Below, piece by piece: positions 51,112-64,000 of a stretch of 64,000 nt of DNA. A program made the position numbers and the translations under genes. Numbering within the stretch: position 1 is the stretch's first letter; each line of letters starts with the position of its first letter. Below the pieces are notes generated by a model that was given only the letters and a program-made list of their open reading frames with translations, did not search any database and was not told the DNA's origin. This DNA comes from Macrostomum lignano (Eukaryota): contig NIVC01000158.1 in assembly GCA_002269645.1 (NCBI GenBank), positions 496,001 to 560,000 on the forward strand. The letters are read 5' to 3'.

Positions 51112-51200
51112 TTATAATCTGGCAACCTGCATATTGCCAAGCACGATATTGTCATCCAGCTCTGTGTCCGCCTCCCTGACTGCCAAGCCGGGCGGACCGT
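51112..51200 (-). CDS. Putative alternative terminal coding exon of the Crumbs-like gene (…DGPPGLAVREADTELDDNIVLGNMQVARL*)
   Basis: GC-rich island between AT-rich DNA and an array. Pyrimidine-rich acceptor TTATTGCAG| at 51201, then 29 open codons to TAA (51114-51112). Phase 1, compatible with an internal donor G|GTAATA at 54132/54131 in the last Crumbs exon. Minus-strand AATAAA at ~51041-51036. Confidence 0.5.
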
Positions 51201-51251
51201 CTGCAATAACAGCATAGCGGAGACAGGAAAGATCACTGGGCTGTTGTGCGG

Positions 51252-51792
51252 TGGGTAGATTGGGTGGATTTGTGTGGGTAGACTGTGGATTGGGTAGATT
51301 TGAGTGGATAGATTACGAATTGGGTAGATTTGAGTGGATAGACTGTGGATTGGGTAGATTTGAGTGGGTAGACTGTGGATTGGGTAGATTTGAGTGGATA
51401 GACTGTGGATTGGGTAGATTTGAGTGGGTAGACTGTGGATTGGGTAGATTTCAGTGGATAGATTGTGGATTGGGCAGATTTCAGTGGGTAGACTGTGGAT
51501 TGGGTAGATTTCAGTGGGTAGGCTGTGGATTGGGTAGATTTCAGTGGGTAGACTGTGGATTGGGTAGATTTCAGTGGGTAGACTGTGGATTGGGTAGATT
51601 CCAGTGGGTAGACTGTGGATTGGGTAGATTCCAGTGGGTAGACTGTGGATTGGGTAAATTTGAGTGGGTAGACTGTGGATTGGGTAGATTTCAGTAGGTA
51701 GACTGTGGATTGGGTAGATTTGAGTGGGTAGACTGTGGACTAGGTAGATTTGAGTGGGTAGACTGTGGATTGGGTAGATTTCAGTGGGTAGA
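51252..51792. repeat. 30-bp minisatellite (GTAGATTTGAGTGGGTAGACTGTGGATTGG)
   Basis: Direct reading. Confidence 0.93.
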
Positions 51793-52497
51793 TTAATTTA
51801 GTTTAGTTTAGAGAGTGGATAAATTTGAGACGCTAAATAACACTTGAACAAATATTAGAATACATAAAATGTAACGCAAATAAAATAACAAAATTCGAAG
51901 TCCTCTAATTAGAATTTTGTTCAGAGTTTAAAGACGTTTTAAAGGATGCAGTTCCTGTACAAGCCGGCTTGACTTTAAACTGCTGCTACTACTCACAGCC
52001 TACGCATGCGAGTAGTATATGCAAATCTACACCAGTTTTAGGTTTAATTTAATACTTCGCATCAATAAAAACTCAATTCGACTCGCTCGCAAACATATCA
52101 GGCAAGTAAAAAAGTACATTTAATAAAAACCAACACTCAAAGGAAAGAATATTTTTAGTCTTGGCGCCACACAAAAATAAACTGATAAACGTCCGTTTCT
52201 ACTCAATCATGCTAGAAAAAGTAGTATGGCGATGAGAAAAACACCTGTAAATATGGAATGATAAATAGGTCAAATTAATACGAAAAAGTAAGCGGTTAAA
52301 CACGAGATTAGGTGAGAAGATCCGGTGTCCCAGAAGCGTTTCAGAAAAAATAGACATTAACAGAGAGGTTCACTAGAAAGTACAGAATTTCACTGCATTC
52401 TGTGGAGACTCGAGCATTTAGCAGCTGATAAACCTCTACATGTATATAAAAGAAATATGCCCCATTAGAACTGCTCTATCTACGAATACCTATGTGT

Positions 52498-53480
52498 AGC
52501 AGGTGACATTCCCTATCTAACAGGTGAAATTCCCCTGTCTAACAGGTGACACCAATGTCTAACAGGTGACACCAATGTCTAACAGGTGACATTCCCTGTC
52601 TAACATGTGACATTCCCTGTCCAACAGGTGACATTCCCTGTCTAACAGGTGACACCAATGTCTAACAGGTGACATTCCCCTGTCTAACAGGTGACATTCC
52701 CCTGTCTAACAGGTGACACCAATGTCTAACATGTGACATTCCCTGTCCAACAGGTGACATTCCCTGTCTAACAGGTGACACCAATGTCTAACATGTGACA
52801 TTCCCTGTCCAACAGGTGACATTCCCTGTCTAACAGGTGACATTCCCCTGTCTAACAGGTGACACCCATGTCTAACATGTGACATTCCCTGTCCAACATG
52901 TGACATTCCCTGTCTAACAGGTGACATTCCCCTGTCTAACAGGTGACACCAATGTCTAACATGTGACATTCCCTGTCTAACAGGTGACACCCATGTCTAA
53001 CATGTGACATTCCCCTGTCTAACAGGTGACACCCATGTCTAACAGGTGACATTCCCCTGTCTAACAGGTGACACCCATGTCTAACATGTGACATTCCCTG
53101 TCCAACAGGTGACATTCCCTGTCCAACAGGTGACACCCATGTCTAACAGGTGACACCCATGTCTAACATGTGACATTCCCTGTCCAACAGGTGACATTCC
53201 CTGTCCAACAGGTGACACCCATGTCTAACAGGTGATATTCCCCTGTCTAACAGGTGACACCAATGTCTAACATGTGACATTCCCTGTCTAACATGTGACA
53301 TTCCCCTGTCTAACAGGTCACACCCATGTCTAACATGTGACATTCCCTTGTCCAACAGGTGACACCCATGTCTAACAGGTGACATTCCCCTGTCTAACAG
53401 GTGACACCAATGTCTAACATGGGACATTCCCTGTCCAACAGGTGACACCCATGTCTAACAGGTGACACCCATGCCTCACA
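52498..53480. repeat. 21-22-bp minisatellite (CTAACAGGTGACATTCCCTGT variants)
   Basis: Direct reading. Confidence 0.93.
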
Positions 53481-54072
53481 GTTGACATTTCCTATCTAAC
53501 AGCAGATGACAACAGGTAACACCATGTCTAACAGATGACACCTTAAAACGTGACATCTCCCTGTCTAGCAGGTGACATCGCAGTACATCATTGTGAACTT
53601 CAGAAATAAGAGCTACATTAAATCACTTCAACGAGCCCAAACCAATTATTAAAAATGTAAAAAAGTGCAAAAATGCAAAACTTCCAACACAGCCATATGC
53701 GCAATGTACAAAGACATGCACTATTAATAACAGTACATCAGGTCAATGTAATACATAAAGTGCCAATGTTCTACATCTGGTTAGCTATTAAATAATGATA
53801 ACAATTCAGCTAAACAATTATTGAATGGAAAAATAAATATCAATCGCCCATTAGTAATAGAAAAAATTAACAAAATGCAAATTATACATCGCGTTATACA
53901 ACTACTACTGTTGAAAGTAGACAGACTTTAACAAACACTTGCGATCAACTTCCCGATAGGTTACTTAGTCATGCAAATCCGATAAAATGCGTTTAAATAT
54001 GAAATATCCGATCCCACAGCCCTGTGGACTAAACTAAAACAAAAATTATAACGAAACAAAATTGGCGCCAAT

Positions 54073-57000
54073 TCAAATGAGGCGCTCCTCAGTGGGCGGC
54101 CTGAGCCCTGACAGGGTAGCAGTTTTATTACCGTGATTGGTCTCCTCCTTGGATGGCCGGTATTGTCCGGTCTCGGAGCGCCGGTTGCGTGCGAGTTTGA
54201 TCAGCACAACAGCAACTAGAATTGCGGCGGTGGTTCGGTTAAACAAAAAATAATTAGTGGCTAAATGTTTCATATTTATATGTAAAACAACAGCAACTAA
54301 TTAACCAAATTTATTCTAAACCAAAAAGTAAAACAGCAATAAGCATGCAATACAAATAAGCTTAACTGGTGCCTTCTTAACAGGTATCTGTCTCATGTCT
54401 AACAGATATCTGTCTCGTGTCTAACAGGTATCTGTCTCATGTCTAACAAATATCTGTCTCATGTCTAACAAATATCTGTCTCATGTCTAACAGGTATCTG
54501 TCTCATGTCTAACAGGTATCTGTCTCATGTCTAACAGGTATCTGTCTCACGTCTAACAGGTATCTGTCGCATGTCTAACAGATACCTGTCTCATGTCTAA
54601 CAGGTATCTGTCTCATGTCTAACAGGTACCGTCTTAACAATAGACATATCTGCCTCTTCGCGATACCTCTTACTTTCTACTGCTATGAGTAGACACTGGC
54701 AAACATGCTAATAAAAAAGAAAACGGGAATCACATCTACTAGGCCATAAACCAGCCAGCTACTCACTAATGACAACAACAAGCAGCAGCGCCAGGACGCT
54801 CAGCGCCACCACCACCGGGGTGGAGACGCCGGCCACAGCCGGGGCGCAGGGCACGACGCTGCAGTCGGCGCTGCCGCAGGCGGCACCAGAGAAGCCGGGC
54901 CGGCAGACGCACTCTCGATAGTTCCACAGATCCACGCAGCGGCCGGAGTTTAAACAGGCTGGCAGTGGCTTGAGTTCACACACTGGGTCGCCATGGCAAC
55001 CAATCAGGGGTGGCTGAGGCGCGCTCCCATTGGCTGGCCAATCAACGTAGCGGACGAAGCCGGGCTCTCCGGCTGGCTGCGACCAATCAGAGAGCGGCAG
55101 CAGCCGGCCGTTCAGTCTGACTTCGTCTAGGCAGCCCTTGAATCCGTCACCAACTGTTGCTATGGCAACGGAATCAAGCGTCAGACTGGCATTTGGCAAA
55201 CTCTCCGAGCTTTCCGCCAGCCACAACTTTGAGTCATTGCTCAGGCTGGTCACCTGCAGCTCTAGCGGGTTGTTCGGTTCGGTGGTTACGTTAAATCGAT
55301 AAAATTCTCCGGTTGCTAAGGACGCCACAGTTGTAGCCGTTCGGTTGTCAAGGCTGGCCGCCAGCTGGCCGGTCGGCGTCAGGGCGATGCTCAGCAGGCG
55401 GTCGGCCCGCCTGATGGACAGGAGAGTCGGGGCCCGGCCGCTGCCATCGCTGCTGCTATTTGACGCAGAACTCAACGCCTGTCGAGTGCGCACCAAGCCG
55501 ACAATGGCTGTCAGCGGCTCGTCGAGGCTGTCAGAGGGCGACAGGCGCCACGCGGAAGACGAAGGCGAGGGCGAGGCTTGGCTGTAGCTGAAAGTGGCGG
55601 CAGCGCGACCTGCGAATGATGGAATTGATAGCGAGAGAGAATAGAGAGAACAGTACGAGACTAGAGGTGTTTCTATATTTAGCTCAGGGCTAAGACCACG
55701 CTGTGTATCATGTAACTGACTTCAGAGAAATCTCCACAAACAGCTGCGTACTAACCGCCGCCAACTATGCTTAACTTTTGTAGATGCCAACGGCCTCCCT
55801 CGAGGCTACGATGCAAAAGTTGTATCGTAATAAATAATACCAATTGATTACCCCTGCTCTAATGGGCAGATGTGCAACCGACAGCTCAGCCGCAGCTATA
55901 GCGCGGCGCATCTGAAGGCTGCGTACAATTAGCCCAGCTAATGCTGGCACCCATTTCACAGCTGGGTGAACCGAAGTGTCTTGCTCAAGGACACAAATTG
56001 TTCCGAGGGGGGGCCGAGAATCGAACCCCTGACCTTTCAGTCGTGAGTCCGACGTTCTAAGCACCAGGCTACAACCCCTATTGTGGCCTTTTGTATCTTA
56101 AGTAAAAACACTTGCAGTAGCAGATAGAATGTATGTTTTCGTTATTTTTTCTTAAGGTATTTTTCCCCTGTATTGCTACTATAAGTAAAGCAGTTAATGA
56201 AGTTTATTATAGTTAGCTCGTAATTTCAAACGTTCAATATTCTATTATTTCTACTGTAAGTAAAGTATTACCGAAAATGCGATAATACTGGTCAAATTCG
56301 CTAGCATTTCTGCTCAACACAGTCTCCAGATGCAAGCTTATCATATTTAATTCAAACAGCGACCACAGGCTCCAGGTACAGGACAGCAGAGCCCTACTAA
56401 TCAATTAGTCATGAATAGCCGAGCTTTGAGAGAGGAAATTACTGAGCACTTCCCCGTTTCTCCAGTCTTTTGTCTCCCTAACCTATTCTTAGAAACGCTT
56501 CTCTTCAATCAATCAAAAAGGGGAATTTAATCCCTCCACTTCCTAATCCGTTTTGTTGGGTTGGCAACTCTTCGTGACAGTGCGTGAATAATGAGGTTTC
56601 TTGACACTTGGGCCTGCACTTTTTAATATCCGTCAACAAACTCCCTGCCACTAACATTTCCCAAGCCTGAACTACTATTAGTAGGGTAAAAGCATATCTA
56701 CTTAGCTGTCTGCCCGATTACAGAAGCTTCAAATAATCGCAACAGATTTGATAGGAAAGTTAACCATGAGTGAAAAAATTTTTTCGAATTATCGTACGAA
56801 CATATTGTACTAGTAACCTAAAGTGCACTTTAGAATCCTACAGACTAGTACATATCCTCTTTAATATCGTCGTAAAGATTAATCAGACAGGTAGCCATGC
56901 AGCTCGGACACTCTCGCTAGGTTTCCAGTTAGAACCGAAACGACAATAAAGTACAAGCTGCACTTACACTCGAACGTGCGCGGCGTCAGATTGACGCAGG

Positions 57001-60000
57001 CGCTGCCGTTGGGACACGAGCGCCTGGCGCAGAAGTCGATGGCGCTGCAGTTGGCGCCTATCCAGCCGGAGGCGCAGCTGCAGCTAAAAAAATGCGCAAA
57101 AAATTCATGTTAAAAATCATTTTTAGTTCTAAACCCCCCAAAATCCAAACCCCCCAAATCCGAAACCCCCAAATCCAAAATCCCCACAAATCCGAAACCC
57201 CCACAAATCCAAACCCCCCAAATCCGAAACCCCCACAAATCCGAAACCCCCAAATCCAAAACCCCCACAAATCCGAAACCCCCACAAATCCAAACCCCCC
57301 AAATCCAAAACCCCCACAAATCCGAAACCCCCACAAATCCGAAACCCCACAAATCCGAAACCCCCAAATCCAAAACCCCCACAAATCCGAAACCCCCAAA
57401 TCCAAAACCCCCACAAATCCGAAACCCCCAATCCAAAACCCCCACAAATCCGAAACCCCCCAAATCCAAAACCCGAAATCCAAACCCCCCAAATCCAAAA
57501 CCCCCACAAATCCAAAACCCCCACAAATCCGAAACCCCCACAAATCCAAAACCCCCACAAATCCAAAACCCCCACAAATCCAAAACCCCCCAAATCCAAA
57601 ACCCCCACAAATCCGAAACCCCCCAAATCCAAAACCCCTAAAATTCCAAAACCCCAAATCCAAAACCCCAACTTCAACTTGGGGTTACAAAGCCCCAACT
57701 CTAAACTTTCAACTAATCTGAACACCGACTACGTTCCAAAACTCCAAGTAGCCGAAGAAGGCAACTCACGTGGAGTTGCCATCCACGCATCTGTCCCGCA
57801 CCGAGCACACGCTGGAGTTGCAGTCGTCAATGTCCACGCTGCAGTTGCGGCCCTCCCAGCCCTGGTAGCAGGAGCAGCTGTAGTTGTTCAGCAAGTCCCG
57901 GCAGATCCCGTTCACACAGGGCTTCGACGAGCATTCGTTGATGTCTTTGTCGCATCGAACGCCTGCAGCATGTTTTGTAGTGACATTGTAAAATATGAGT
58001 AGTGACGTTCCGGATACAGCTTTGGGATCCCATCTAACAGACACTCAAGATCCCATATAACAGACACCCAAGATCCCATCTAACAGACACTCAAGATCCC
58101 ATCTAACAGACACTCAAGATCCCATCTAACAGACACCCAAGATCCCATCTAACAGACACCCAAGATCCCATCTAACAGACACCCAAGATCCCATCTAACA
58201 GACACCCAAGATCCCATCTAACAGACACCCAAGATCACATCCAACAGATTCAACATCCCAGCTAACAGACTTAAGATCTAATCTAACAGACCCAAGATCT
58301 AATCTAACAGACCCAATATCCCATCTAATAGACCCAAGATCCTATCTAACAGACACTCAAGACCCAACGGACTACCAGAAGCAGAAAATACTTGACTGGT
58401 TGATTGACGCTTTTTCCAACACTGCTGTGCAGCGTGGTTCCTAGTGGCTTAAAAAAGCAGATCAATAGACTCAAGTGTATGCCAGCATTGCCAGGCTACT
58501 CACACGACAGCCGCATACACAATGCTTTCTCAACTGAGCCCACAATGCGTTACTTTGTTTCCCAGGCTTTAAGCCGGAAGTGTAGCGTAAACGGCCGGAG
58601 TAAATATATCACTAACAACGCCTCGTCACCTTGTTAGCAATTGCCCGCGCCGACTAGCGATCTCAAAGCCTCTACAAAGCAGCTCAAAATCACGGCAGCA
58701 GACCTTCGTTATTGCACGCGACGCCGCCCTAAAGCACTTGTCAGAAAATGTTTTAGTATGCTAGAAAACTACTTGAAACTAACAATTCTACTCGTATTTT
58801 ATTGACACGCTTTGCTCCGCTTCCAGCTGTTGTTGGAATGAAAACTTATAGTTAGCTAAATTTGTTATTTTTTAACAAGCCCGCCACATGGGCGAGGCTG
58901 CGCAAAAAGCTACACGCACTCGTGCCATGGCATAAATGGCATAGCAACAATGCCCCAGCATCGTATGAAAGATTCTTTTGATTGCAAGCTGAATTACTCT
59001 TAAGATCCATTAACTCTTAAGTCTTACTCTTAACTCCTAAGACTCGACTCAAGATCTCACCTAACAGACAATCAAGATCCCATCTAACAGACTGAATATC
59101 CCATCTAACAGACTCAAGATCCCATTTAACAGACTCAAGATCCCATCTAACAGACTCAAGATCCCATTTAACAGACTCAAGATCCCATCTAACAGACTCA
59201 AGATCCCATCTAACAGACTCAAGATCCCATCTAACAGACTGAATATCCCATCTAACAGACTCAAGATCCCATTTAACAGACTCAAGATCCCATCTAACAG
59301 ACTCAAGATCCCATCTAACAGACTCAAGATCCCATTTAACAGACTCAAGATCCCATCTAACAGACTCAAGATCCCATTTAACAGACTCAAGATCCCATTT
59401 AACAGACTCAAGATCCCATTTAACAGACTCAAGATCCCATCTAACAGATTGAATATCCCATCTAACAGACTCAAGATCCCATCTAACAGACTCAAGATCC
59501 CATTTAACAGACACAAGATCCCATCTAACAGACTCAAGATCCCATCTAACAGACTCAAGATCCCATCTAACAGACTCAAGATCCCATCTAACAGACTCAA
59601 GATCCCATCTAACAGACTCAAGATCCCATCTAACAGATTCAAGATGCCATCTCCATCAACCGAACTGACCCTCAAACCCGGGCGAGCAGCTGCAGTTGAA
59701 GTAAGGCGGCTCAAGGGACACCCCCAGACAGGTGCCGTTGATGCACACAGGCAGGCTGGTGATGTTGAGGTCCGGCTGCAGCTGGCTGCAGTAGTTTGAC
59801 GCGGTGGAACAGTAGGGCGGGATGTAGGGCAGCGGGCAGATGCACGGCGGCGAGGCCGTGATATTGTTGCAGATGCCGCCGTTTTTGCAGTCGGTCGGGG
59901 TGCATGTGGTTGCGCGCCTGGCGCGGGAAAGGGCGCCGAGTTGTTGCGAGTCTGCTGTGGCGCGATTAGGGAGACGACTGTACTGTAATACTGTCTCACA

Positions 60001-61357
60001 GGATCTTCATTGCAACTCCCTGCCTTCTGTAATCTCCTCCCATTTCCTCTCAAATCTAATCTCTGCCTGTCTAATCTAACCTCCCTCCATTCTCTCAAAT
60101 CTAATCTCTTCCTGTCAAATCCAATCTCCATTCTCTCAAATCTAATCTGTCCCTGTCTAATCTAATCTCCATCCTCTCAAATCTAATCTCTCTCTGTCTA
60201 ATCTCCATCCTCTCAAATCTAACCCCTCTCTGTCTAATCTAATCTCCATCCTCTCAAACCTAATCTCTCTCTGTCTAATCTAATCTCCATCCTCTCAAAT
60301 CTAATCTCTCTCTGTCTAATCTAATCTCCATTCTCTCAGATCTAATCCCTCCCTGTCTAATCTAACCTCCCTCTATTCTCTCAAATCTAATCTCTTCCTG
60401 TCAAATCTAATTCCCTTCCATCCTCTCAAATCTAATCTCTCCCTGTCTAATCTAACCTCCCTTCATCCTCTCAAATCTAATCTCTTCCTATCAAATCCAA
60501 TCTCCATTCTCTCAAATCTAATCTGTCCCTGTCTAATCTAATCTCTTTTCATCTTCTCAAATCTAATCTCACCCTGGCTACTTTTATCTCCCTCAATCCT
60601 TTTGATTCGACTGTCTCCTATTTTATCAAATATAATCTATCATCTATATAATCTGCTCTCATAGTACTCCTTTTCTCTATTCTTCCTTCACTCATTCCCC
60701 TCTGCATTCTCGTCTCACCCTCCGCACAGTCTCCTACGCCTCTGATCTCCCCTCTCATTTATTCTCACATCCCGCGCAGCCGCTGGCCGACCAGTTGTTG
60801 AAGCAGTGCCGGCCTCCGCCCGCCTCGTCCCGGACGCAGCCATCAAAGGCGGACACAGCCAGGAGGTGCGCCGAACCGTCCGCCAAGCCGTCACTGTCAG
60901 CGCCGGGGCTGGTCTCGAACCGGCAAACACCTGCTCCCAGACTAGCATTGGCAGCGCGCGACACTTCAACTTTAATGAGAATATTATCACCGCGACCGGA
61001 CACCAAAGTGGACAGCTGAAGGTCGCCCACCGGATTCGAAGCCCTCCCAGCAGTGCGCAGGTCGCAGGCCTGCACCCGGCCGAGCTGGGGCTGGCTGAAC
61101 AGCACCGTGTGACCATCGCCATCCGCAGTAGACACCGGTTGCCAGGCAACAGAAAAAGCCGCCCGGCCAAGAGTTGGAGCTGTTAGGAGAGCTAGCCCAA
61201 GTCCTCGATTCCTGCTGCTCTGACAGGCTGTGAATTTGAGGCTGGTGTCGTTGTCCATGGCAACCATGATGGCGTCCTTGTCGTGCAGAGCTGCCGAAGC
61301 CGCTGCCGTCGCCGTGGACGCCGTCAGGGCGGTAAAAATTAGCAACCAGACAAGCAT
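54073..61357 (-). CDS. crb: Compact Crumbs-family type I membrane protein: signal peptide, degenerate LamG-like N-domain, ~5 EGF, LamG, EGF, TM, FERM-binding motif and PDZ ligand ERLI; 6 exons, ~721 aa
   Basis: Exons 61357-60769, 59951(or 59954, NAGNAG)-59670, 57962-57770, 57083-56968, 55609-54767, 54215-54073; GT-AG with consistent phases. Signal peptide MLVWLLIFTALTASTATA; cbEGF DINECSSKPCVNGICRDLLNNYSCSC; post-LamG EGF CLNSGRCVDLWNYRECVCRPGFSG; cytoplasmic tail RRSETGQYRPSKEE...PPTEERLI*, the Crumbs signature. Confidence 0.9.
54378..54630. repeat. 22-bp minisatellite (CTAACAGGTATCTGTCTCATGT), Crumbs intron 5
   Basis: Direct reading. Confidence 0.92.
55828..56078 (-). mobile_element. tRNA-derived SINE (~250 bp) in Crumbs intron 4
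   Basis: Minus strand: tRNA-like head GGGGTTGTAGCCTGGTGCTTAGAACGTCGGACTCACGACTGAAAGGTCAGGGGTTCGATTCTCGGCCCCC with Pol III A and B boxes, then the SINE-typical body TGTGTCCTTGAGCAAGACACTT...CACCCAGCTGTGAAATGGGT, then an AT-rich tail TATTATTTATTA. Confidence 0.8.
57133..57670. repeat. ~16-17-bp C/A-rich minisatellite (CCCCACAAATCCGAAAC variants), Crumbs intron 3
   Basis: Direct reading. Confidence 0.9.
58025..58365. repeat. 23-bp minisatellite (GATCCCATCTAACAGACACCCAA), Crumbs intron 2
   Basis: Direct reading. Confidence 0.9.
59060..59645. repeat. 21-bp minisatellite (GATCCCATCTAACAGACTCAA), Crumbs intron 2
   Basis: Direct reading; 7-aa period. Confidence 0.93.
60035..60570. repeat. ~40-bp pyrimidine-rich minisatellite (TCTAATCTCTC...TCTCAAA), Crumbs intron 1
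   Basis: Direct reading; variable unit length. Confidence 0.85.
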
Positions 61358-61419
61358 CGATGCACTTTCACGGTTAGTGTTGCCCGATCGAAAACGCCTT
61401 GCTTGATAAAAATGAAGGG

Positions 61420-61428
61420 TTTTATATA
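61420..61428 (-). promoter_or_regulatory. TATA box of the Crumbs-like gene
   Basis: TATATAAAA on the minus strand ~65 nt upstream of the ATG at 61357. Confidence 0.55.
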
Positions 61429-63097
61429 AGGGACGACAGCCTTCGCCTTCAGTAGCGCGCCTGCCCCACCCGGTTGGTCAGGGCTGCAGCAGCGAATAGT
61501 GCGTGTGTGCTCTGGAAAACATTTTAATAACAATACAATATATACACATGCTTGCATAAGATAATGCGTGAATTTGCACTACTGTCTACTTACGAAAGTA
61601 GAAAATAGCTTAATTAAACAGAAAACAAAAAGTAAACTTCCGAATAACGGTGCACGTGATTAGGCTCAGAAAGTGTTATAGATGAATATTGTAATTTTAC
61701 GACAGATTTTATTTTTCAACCAGAAAATAAAAACAAAAAAACACGACAGAGTGAAATCAACGATTGTGATTACCGGAAAAACGCACATCTAATCGCTATA
61801 AATATTAATAAACGAGAAAAAGCAACCTTGCGAAGTACTGTAAATCCCTAACAGTTTAGCTAGCTTGGAAAGTGACGGTATCGCAAAGAAAAACAAAAGT
61901 AACAGGAATTTTTATAAGCGTCTGAAAACAGAAACAGGTTTTACTCGCGAGCTTATTAGTTGTACTTTTATGCCCCCACTTCTCACTGGTCCCTTTATCT
62001 GTCCAATCAGCGCGCAGTCACTTCTCTGCCCACCCCTCCCTCCATTTTATTGCCTTACCCCTCGCGCGCCCTGCTGGAGGGGGGTAGAGGTGAAGCTTCT
62101 ATGTACATAATCCACCGGTTGAATGTACATTATTCCTGCACTGATAACAAACTGGACCACAAGCAATGTTCTTGCCCCCTATTATTGCCTCTCATGATCA
62201 AGATGGCTGATTTATTCTTTACACACTATACTGAATAGAAAGCAGGAAAAGATTTAATTTTGCTTATATTTTAACTGGTTTTGAAGGTTTTCTCTTGGTC
62301 GAACGATATAGTTAGAGCAAAAAATTGCGAAGACGCACAAAGCAACACGCGAGAGAATGGCTGAGACATTGCGGCTGGGACGGATACAAAAATGTTAAAA
62401 TAAAATAATATAATTTTGCGCAGCGCTGACTACTGAGCTTACTAAACACTAAAGCTGAGCTTACTAGCGAGTGCGGTGCACAACACTGCATTTTTTACTA
62501 AGAGACGAAGAAAACAGAGAAAACACAGCCAAGTGTACAAGTGTGTAACACAGTTGCTTTAACACAAGTACTTTCTCTACTTAGTAATAAGATCTATTAA
62601 GACAAACTCTTAAGACTAAGTAAAAAGTACAAAAATCTAATTATTTTTCATGGAAAGAAACAGACAGATCAGATGTAAGTAGAATTGCTGTTGTATACAC
62701 TTTACTACTCACTGCATATGCATACCGATCTGCACATTATAACTGCATATTGTAAAGGCAGCACAACAGATAAGGAGACAATATTTAAAGATCGTAAAAG
62801 TAACAATCCGACATTTGTTCTTTTAAAGTGCAAAATGTACTTTCTAATTAAGAAATGTCAAAGCAATTCATCAGAAGTGAAAAACGCACTTAAGAAAATT
62901 ATGCACTCGATAGAAATTCGAGGACAAATCTAAACAGAACCAAATGTTAGAAAATGAAGCGACTTGTAATTAATATATCAAATTACGGTTGTAATTCGCC
63001 TTTTAACTACTTATTACAGTAGTAGAAAGGTCAGCGCATTCAAACTCTAAAATTTTAGTTGTTAGTTGAAAATTTTTCCTGTCCCTCCAGCGTCGAC

Positions 63098-64000
<903 letters not shown>

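Noticed and set aside
56007-56078. Stand-alone tRNA gene
   Set aside because: The acceptor and D stems are imperfect and the sequence runs directly into a SINE body and AT-rich tail; called as a SINE head instead.

Overview
Eukaryotic (metazoan, very probably flatworm) genomic DNA. The myosin N-terminus [20 protein letters not shown] resembles platyhelminth muscle myosins as I recall them, and GC3-rich exons plus minisatellite-filled introns would fit a Macrostomum-like genome (inference, not checked). Four spliced genes could be reconstructed by hand with phase-consistent splice sites: DIP2 (+, 9 exons, ~1669 aa), a muscle myosin II heavy chain (+, 16 coding exons, ~1943 aa, one GC-AG intron), a compact Crumbs-family protein (-, 6 exons, ~721 aa, ends in ERLI) and the 3' part of PDE6D (-). 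About 22 kb (~35%) of the window is ~30 different tandem arrays with units of 4-49 bp. They fill almost every long intron, often start close to the 5' splice site, and never interrupt an exon. Mobile DNA comprises a 2.49-kb P-element-like non-autonomous transposon (14-bp TIR, 8-bp TSD, transposase and LINE-RT remnants) present twice in tandem inside an 11-bp satellite, a 1.2-kb CCC...GGG element inside a DIP2 intron minisatellite, and a tRNA-derived SINE. The most interesting candidates are an unannotated-looking distal exon that would swap the Crumbs PDZ ligand ERLI for VARL, a possible orphan spliced gene head-to-head with myosin, intronic arrays built from E-box and AP-1 motifs, and the intron-minisatellite architecture itself. 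Most long ORFs in the supplied track are translations of tandem repeats, not genes.
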